DNA of 64,000 bases from Eledone cirrhosa (Eukaryota). The stretch covers positions 62,001-126,000 of the forward strand of contig CAXHJY010000322.1 in the NCBI GenBank assembly GCA_964016885.1, in the 5' to 3' direction. Below, piece after piece: positions 57,526 to 64,000 of this stretch; positions within the stretch are counted from its first letter, which is position 1; every line of letters begins with the position of its first letter. The notes under the pieces were generated by a model, which saw only the letters and a program-made list of their open reading frames with translations, was not told the DNA's origin and did no database searches. Made by a program: the position numbers and the translations under genes.

Positions 57526-57870
57526 TGAAGAGCCGCTGGCAGGAAAAACCCACGTCCTCATGCCTGTGTGCCCAAGCATGAGGACGTGTGTTACTTTATA
57601 TATATATATATATAAAGTATTTCCGTAGAAAAGGTAAAAGAAAGAAGAGTGCTTTATGTATAGTACAGAGCTATTTAGTTATGTAATAAGCAGCAGAATA
57701 TAATTATTCCATTACCAAAGGTTTCACGAAGACAGGCGACCCCAACAGAAGCGTCCGAATCAAAATCTATTATAAATGAAAGTGAGGCTGAAATAAAATA
57801 ATATATATATATATATATTTACCCCTAATTTGGCAAGCTATTTAGAACACTGGTTTAACCGCTTTACTTC

Positions 57871-57905
57871 CCTCCGAAGAAGAGATAGTATCTCGAAAAT
57901 TAAGG
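57871..57905 (+). ncRNA. Minimal hammerhead relic (U4C)
   Basis: CCU-CCGAAGA-A-GAGAU-AGU-AUCUC-GAAA-AU-UA-AGG. All stems intact; one core substitution. Confidence 0.6.
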
Positions 57906-58253
57906 ACATTTAAATAAATCTAAGGTAAAAGACTAATTGTCAACAATATCTTTTGCATTTGCATTCTTTATTCTATGTCCATACCTGCATTGTTTTGGCT
58001 TCATTATACATATACAAACGCTTTATATATATATATATACACACACACACCTATGTATGTGTGTAGATAAATCTACCAAAATGTACGGTAGTGTCCAATC
58101 CGTATGATGAACTCAATGTAATCCAAGTATCATGAAAAGAGAAGATGCATTCAAAAATTTTCGATGAAAATCACAGGAAAAACAGAGTGAAGATAAATTA
58201 ATACAAACAATGAATAAAAACAAAGAACAATTCCTTATATTAAAAAATTCATC

Positions 58254-58379
58254 ATTTTACGATCGTTTCTATGATATATATGTGTGTTGGTACGTATATC
58301 ATATAGATCTATGTAAAAATATTACAAACTATCAGAGGAACTATACATACCTTCACATATATATACTGTCTTCAGAAAT
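58254..58379 (-). ncRNA. Candidate long-stem-II hammerhead beyond the 3' end of the inverted Penelope-like copy
   Basis: AUUU-CUGAAGA-caguauauauaugug...cacauauauaucaua-GAAA-CGAUCG-UA-AAAU. Palindromic stem III, GUA site; base of stem II imperfect. Confidence 0.62.
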
Positions 58380-58594
58380 AATGAGATATGCTTATTGAAA
58401 AAAACCAACAAAGATTTAATATTATAGGTCTGTTTGGGAACAGGTTTTGAATAATTGACCAATAGAAAAGTAGTAAGAGGTCAAATTGATAGAATAGTAG
58501 TAGTAGATATTTAATTTAGGGGTAGAGGAATGCAGACTTATGTTTTGAATGGAAAGAATACTTTGGGGATGAAAAGAGGTCAAGCCGGTGAAAG

Positions 58595-60903
58595 GTACAC
58601 GAAAATTTGATGTTATTAAAGAATGATGTTAAAAAGGAAGGAGAGTAAAATTTTAGGGTAAAGGTATTAGTGAGAAATACCAATCTCATTTAAAACACAA
58701 GGAATTTAGATGTCTAACAAGGAATTAAATTAATTGATAGGTATACTTATAGGGATACATTTATATTGATTCATATGGATGTGATAAATAATAATTAGAT
58801 GTTATTAAAGAATGTTGTTAAAAACGAAGGAAAATAAAATTTTGGGATAAGTGTAGTAGTGAGAAATACCAATCTTATATAAACTACAAGGAATCTAGAT
58901 TCATAACAGGAAATTAAATTAATTTATATGTATACTTTTAGGTATTAATTTTAGGAAAAGAGAGCTGTAAGAGGGAAATGAAATTATGAAGTTCACTGTA
59001 GTAAAGTACTAATTATAGGTTAACTAAATTAAAAAAAAATAATTATAATAATTGTTTCTACTTTAGGCACAAGGCCAGCAAATACCCAGTGCATTACTGG
59101 TACTTTATTTTATCGACCCCGTAAGGATGAAAGGCAAAGTAAACCTCGGCTAATTATAATAATATGTAGACTATAAGTGTAAGGTGTATATTAATTAGGT
59201 TTATAATATTTGAAGGTTCTAATTCTATGATTGCAAGATATAATTAATTCTTGTCGCTTATTTAATAGGATATCCTTAGATTTCATTATTTCAAAAAGTT
59301 CCTGGGAGCATAATCTACACTCATATCTGTTATTTTGATAAAGGGTGGCCCTTTTGAGCACACTCCAGGTCAGGTTGTAATCGATATTCTTTTTTCTATA
59401 ATGATTGTTTCAGTCAAGGATGTTGTATTAGCTAATGCGGCATTTTAATAACTATGTTTGTGGGTATTAAATCTTACTTTAAATTGGTTAGACGTAGCTC
59501 CTATATATGAATAAGTGGTGTCCTTAGTGCTAATTTTACATTTATAGACTATGTTATTAATAAGACAGTTTCCCTTTAATGGGCAATTTCTTTTGTTTCT
59601 ACAGTTACAACCATTCGTGAATATTATAGGGGAGTTAGTCAAAATTGGTGTGGAATTTACTCGACTTGTTATATGTGAAGGACATTGTGGTTTGTTGCGG
59701 TTTATTTTAGTATTATGGTTGGTTTGATGTGCTGGTGGTATATTCGTGGTTTTATTACATTTATATGCGTTGTACGCACTTATATTTTGTTGTATATTTT
59801 TGGTAGTCGAGTAGGAAAATTTGACAGTTGATCTATTTAAAATGTGATGGTATTTATGGTTTGGCGGGAAGTTTTTCTCTAGGATAGTAAAATATTTTTT
59901 AGGGATATTATCTTTAATTTGTAGATTAAATGGAGCATTATACCAAGTAACTCGTCTATTACGGTTTCGATGTTGTTTTTTTATATTTATACGATGTATC
60001 AGGATGTTTACCAAGAGAGTTAGTATTAGTGAATTTATTATATATATGTTTAGTTAGATTAACTGGTGTTTTAGTCTGATTATTAGGAATTTTGTTAGTA
60101 ATGTTATTAACGTATATTGGAGTGTTAGGATGAATGGTTTTTTGAAAGTTATTATATTGTATATTAGAGGAGTTAGAGAAATTAAGTTTTAGGTTGGTAT
60201 TTTTGGGTGTAGTGTGAGTGGCATTCAGGTGTGTGTTTTTCATTTGGTGTTTGTTGGTAATATTGGGTTGTATGTTTGAAGTATTATTGGTGCAAGGTAT
60301 ATAGACTAATTTGTTTTTGTGGCCGCTTCTAGATAAAGCTTCGTTATAAAAGGGCGCATTTTATCCTGGTTAGATGAAATGTTAGAAATTCTGAATGAGA
60401 TATTATATGCTAGGGTTTTAAGGATAGATCTAGGGTGATTGGATTGTGAGTGTATGTAATGTAAGTTTGGGTTAGGTTTATGGTAAGGTTGGTAGATACC
60501 CGTAGATAAGTCTAAAGTTATATCTAAGAAATTAACTATTTTACTGGTGTTTTCAAATGTAATATTGAGACTATAATAGTCTTTGAGGAAAGTTCTAATA
60601 AGTTTTTTATTTTTTTCAATTTCTGATAGGCTAAGATTAGTGGAAAGAAGAAGACAGTCATCACGATATAATCTACCTTTAAGGTGGGGGAAAAGAAGAA
60701 TTTATGTTAAATAGGAGAAAGAGGCCCACAAGATCGGTAAAATTTGATGGTAATTATGGTTTGACGGGAAGTTTTTCTCTAGGATAGTAAACATTTTTTA
60801 GGGATATTATCTTTAATTTGTAGATTAAATGGAGCATTATACCAAGTCACTCGTCTATTACGGTTGCAATGTTGTTTTTTATATTTATACGATGTATCAG
60901 GAT
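58595..60903 (-). mobile_element. Inverted, 5'-truncated Penelope-like copy plus a short extra inverted fragment (60739-60903)
   Basis: Reverse complement of ~61840-64000 with indels. ORFs 59445-60014, 59959-60243 and 60779-60979 repeat peptides of the plus-strand copy. The left boundary probably extends to ~58200. Confidence 0.9.
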
Positions 60904-63900
60904 CTTTAAAGAATATACCGATACCTTCTAAGGATGAATTCTTACTTCTTATGATACAAAAAACCAACCAATTCATCAAAAGGGTCAGATAGAGGGCCTA
61001 CCACTTTGATAAAAAAATAAAACGTAAGAAATATTTATATGATTTCACTACATATAAGAACCCACCACACAACTCCTTGCTTGAAAACTTCGAGAAAGAC
61101 CTACTTAACTTAATCAAACACCTCAGATTTAAGAAATATAAATCTAATTTTCAAAAGGATCTTGACTCTACCCTATTGGATCTAAAAAAATCTAACAAAG
61201 TCCACGTCCACTCTGACAAAACTGGAAATCTATACCACATGGATATTGATAATTACAATGAGTTCATTTATAAAGAACTGAGGAAAAATTATAAAAAAAC
61301 AAATAATGCGGCTCTTACCAATATCAACAACAAAACACACAACATAGTAAATAAACTCAATATTGAAGACAGAACTGAACCTTTGGCACTGAAAAAACCA
61401 CACTTTAACCTGAAAGATCACAAATCTAACTTTAACTCTAATCCTTCTATAAGACTTATATGCCCTTCCAAATCTGACATTGGCATCAATAGTAAAAAAA
61501 ATTTTAGACAAAATAATCCCACAATTAAGAAAACACGTTAACTTACCACTCTGGGAAAACACATCCCAAGTAATTAACTGGTTTACTAGTATTAGAAATA
61601 AATCATCTGCTTCATTTCTACAATTCGATATAGATGCCTATTATTCCTCTATATCACCCATATTCCTGAACAAAGCCTTGATATTTGCCAAAATTAGATC
61701 AAACTTAACTATGGATGACATTAATATTATCACGCACGCTAAACAAACACTACTGGAATTTCAGAAGGAATAATGGACCAGAAATACATATAGTAATCTC
61801 TTCGACATTACTATGGGCTCTAGTGATTCTGCCCAAATTACCGATCTTGTGGGCCTCTTTCTTCTATTTAACATAAATTCTTCTTTTCCCCACCTTAAAG
61901 GTGGATTATATCGTGATGACTGTCTTCTTCTTTCCACTAATCTTAGCCTATCAGAAATTGAAAAAAATAAAAAACTTAGAACTTTCCTCAAAGACTATTA
62001 TAGTCTCACTATTACATTTGAAAACACCAGTAAAATAGTTAATTTCCTAGATATAACTTTAGACTTATCTACGGGTATCTACCAACCTTACCATAAACCT
62101 AACCCAAACTTATATTACATACACTCACAATCCAATCACCCTAGATCTATCCTTAAAAACCTAGCATATAATATCTCATTCAGAATTTCTAACCTTTCAT
62201 CTAACCAGGATGTATTCAATAAAAATGCGCCCTCTTATAACGAAGCTTTAGCTAGAAGCGGCCACAAAAACAAATTAGTCTATATACCTTGCACCAATAA
62301 TACTTCAAACATACAACCCAATATTACCAACAAACACCAAATGAAAAACACACACCTGAATGCCACTCACACTACACCCAAAAATACCAACCTAGAACTT
62401 AATTTCTCTAACTCCTCTAATATACAATATAATAACTTTCAAAAAACCATTCATCCTAACACTCCAATATACGTTAATAACATTACTAACAAAATTCCTA
62501 ATAATCAGACTAAAACACCTAAATCGGTGAATCTAACTAAACCTATATATAATAAATTCACTAATACTAACTCTCTTGGTAAACATCCTGATACATCGTA
62601 TAAATATAAAAAACATCGAAACCGTAATAGACGACTTACTTGGTATAATGCTCCATTTAATCTACAAATTAAAGATAATATCCCTAAAAAATATTTTACT
62701 ATCCTAGCGAAAAACTTCCCGCCAAACCATAAATACCATCACATTTTAAATAGATCAACTGTCAAATTTTCCTACTCCACTACTAAAAATATACAACAAA
62801 ATATAAGTGCGTACAACGCATATAAATGTAAAAAACCCACGAATATACCACCAGCACATCAAGCCAACCATAATACTAAAATAAACCGCAACAAACCATA
62901 ATCTCCTTCACATATAATAAGTCGAGTAAATTCCACACCAATTTTGACTAACTCCCCTGATATAATATTCACGAATGGTTGTAACTGTAGAAACAAAAGA
63001 AATTGCCCATTAAAGGGAAACTGTCTTATTAATAACATAGTCTATAAATGTAAAATTAGCACTAAGGACTCCACTTATTCATATATAGGAGCTACGGCTA
63101 ACCAATTTAAAGTAAGATTTAATACCCACAAACATAGTTTTAAAAATGCCGCATTAGCTAATACAACATCCTTGGCTGAAACAATTAATCATTATAGAAA
63201 AAAGAATATCGATTACAACCTGACCTGGAGTGTGCTCAAAAGGGCCACCCTTTATCAAAATAACAGATATGAGTGTAATTTATGCTCCCAGGAACTTTTT
63301 GAAATAATGAAATCTAAGGATAACCTATTAAATTATCGACAAGAATTAATATCTTGCAATCATAGAATTAGAAGAACCTTCAAATATTATAAACCTAATT
63401 AATATACACCTTACACTTATATTTTACATATTATTATAATTAGCCGAGGTTTACTTTGCCTTTCATCCTTACGGGGTCGATAAAATAAAGTACCAGTAAT
63501 GCACTGGGTGTTTGCTGGCCTTGTGCCTAAAGTAGAAACAATTATTATTATTTTTTTTTAATTTAGTTAACCTATAATTAGTACTTTACTACAGAGAACT
63601 TCATAATTTTATTTCCCTCTTACAGCTCTTTTTTCCTAAAATTAATACCTAAAAGTATACATATAAATTAATTTAATTTCCTGTTATGAATCTAGGTTCC
63701 TTGTAGTTTATATAAGATTGGTATTTCTCACTACTACACTTATCCCAAAATTTTATTTTCCTTCGTTTTTAACAACATTCTTTAATAACATCTAATTATT
63801 ATTTATCACATCCATATGAATCAATATAAATGTATCCCTATAAGTATACCTATCAATTAATTTAATTCCTTGTTAGAGATCTAAATTCCTTGTGTTTTAA

Positions 63901-64000
63901 ATAAGATTGGTATTTCTCACTAATACCTTTACCCTAAAATTTTACTTTCCTTCGTTTTTAACATCATTCTTTAATAACATCAAATTTTCGTGTACCTCTC
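60904..64000 (+). mobile_element. Penelope-like retroelement (RT + C-terminal GIY-YIG), Naiad-like, disrupted ORF
   Basis: SDKTGNLY, RLICPSKSDIG, FLQFDIDAYYSSI, MGSSDSAQITDL, GGLYRDD, FLDITLDL, SNHP, WYNAPF, CNCx5Cx5C, IVYKC..YIG..FKVRFNTHKHSF, CNLC. Frameshift near 61490-61500; TAA stops at 61771 and 62899; ORF ends at 63402. The 3' UTR runs off the window. Confidence 0.93.

Noticed and set aside
57550-57592. 13-bp hairpin cacgtcctcatgc/gcatgaggacgtg
   Set aside because: Isolated short inverted repeat between TA tracts, with no ribozyme core or other support.
61771-62901. Possible selenocysteine or readthrough recoding of in-frame stops in the Penelope-like ORF
   Set aside because: Both stops are TAA, not TGA; the inverted copy has CAA at the second site; a frameshift is also present. 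This is ordinary decay.

Overview
AT-rich, repeat-dense eukaryotic genomic DNA. Gene structure and SINE/LINE content suggest a mollusc, probably an octopus or other cephalopod (inference). There is no prokaryotic content and no CRISPR array. Positions 6048-26937 (+) hold the last nine coding exons of a DENND4/Crag-family Rab GEF gene, with GT-AG splice sites and phases that join in frame; its introns are packed with minisatellites, SINEs, RTE LINE pieces and a small Helitron-like element. Downstream lie satellite arrays, a ~6 kb (TA)n-rich tract containing a 5'-truncated RTE LINE, long near-perfect fold-back palindromes, and Penelope-like retroelements (RT + GIY-YIG, Naiad-like motifs). The large Penelope-like copy at 60.9-64 kb is paired with an inverted partial copy. 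The most notable signal is not in the ORF track: at least 10 sequence-diverse type I hammerhead-ribozyme motifs, read by eye, lie between 35.7 and 58.4 kb. They include a U3:A8 core variant and long-stem-II forms, and several sit in TA-flanked fold-back elements that place a ribozyme on both strands. Most long ORFs in the track are artefacts of simple repeats.
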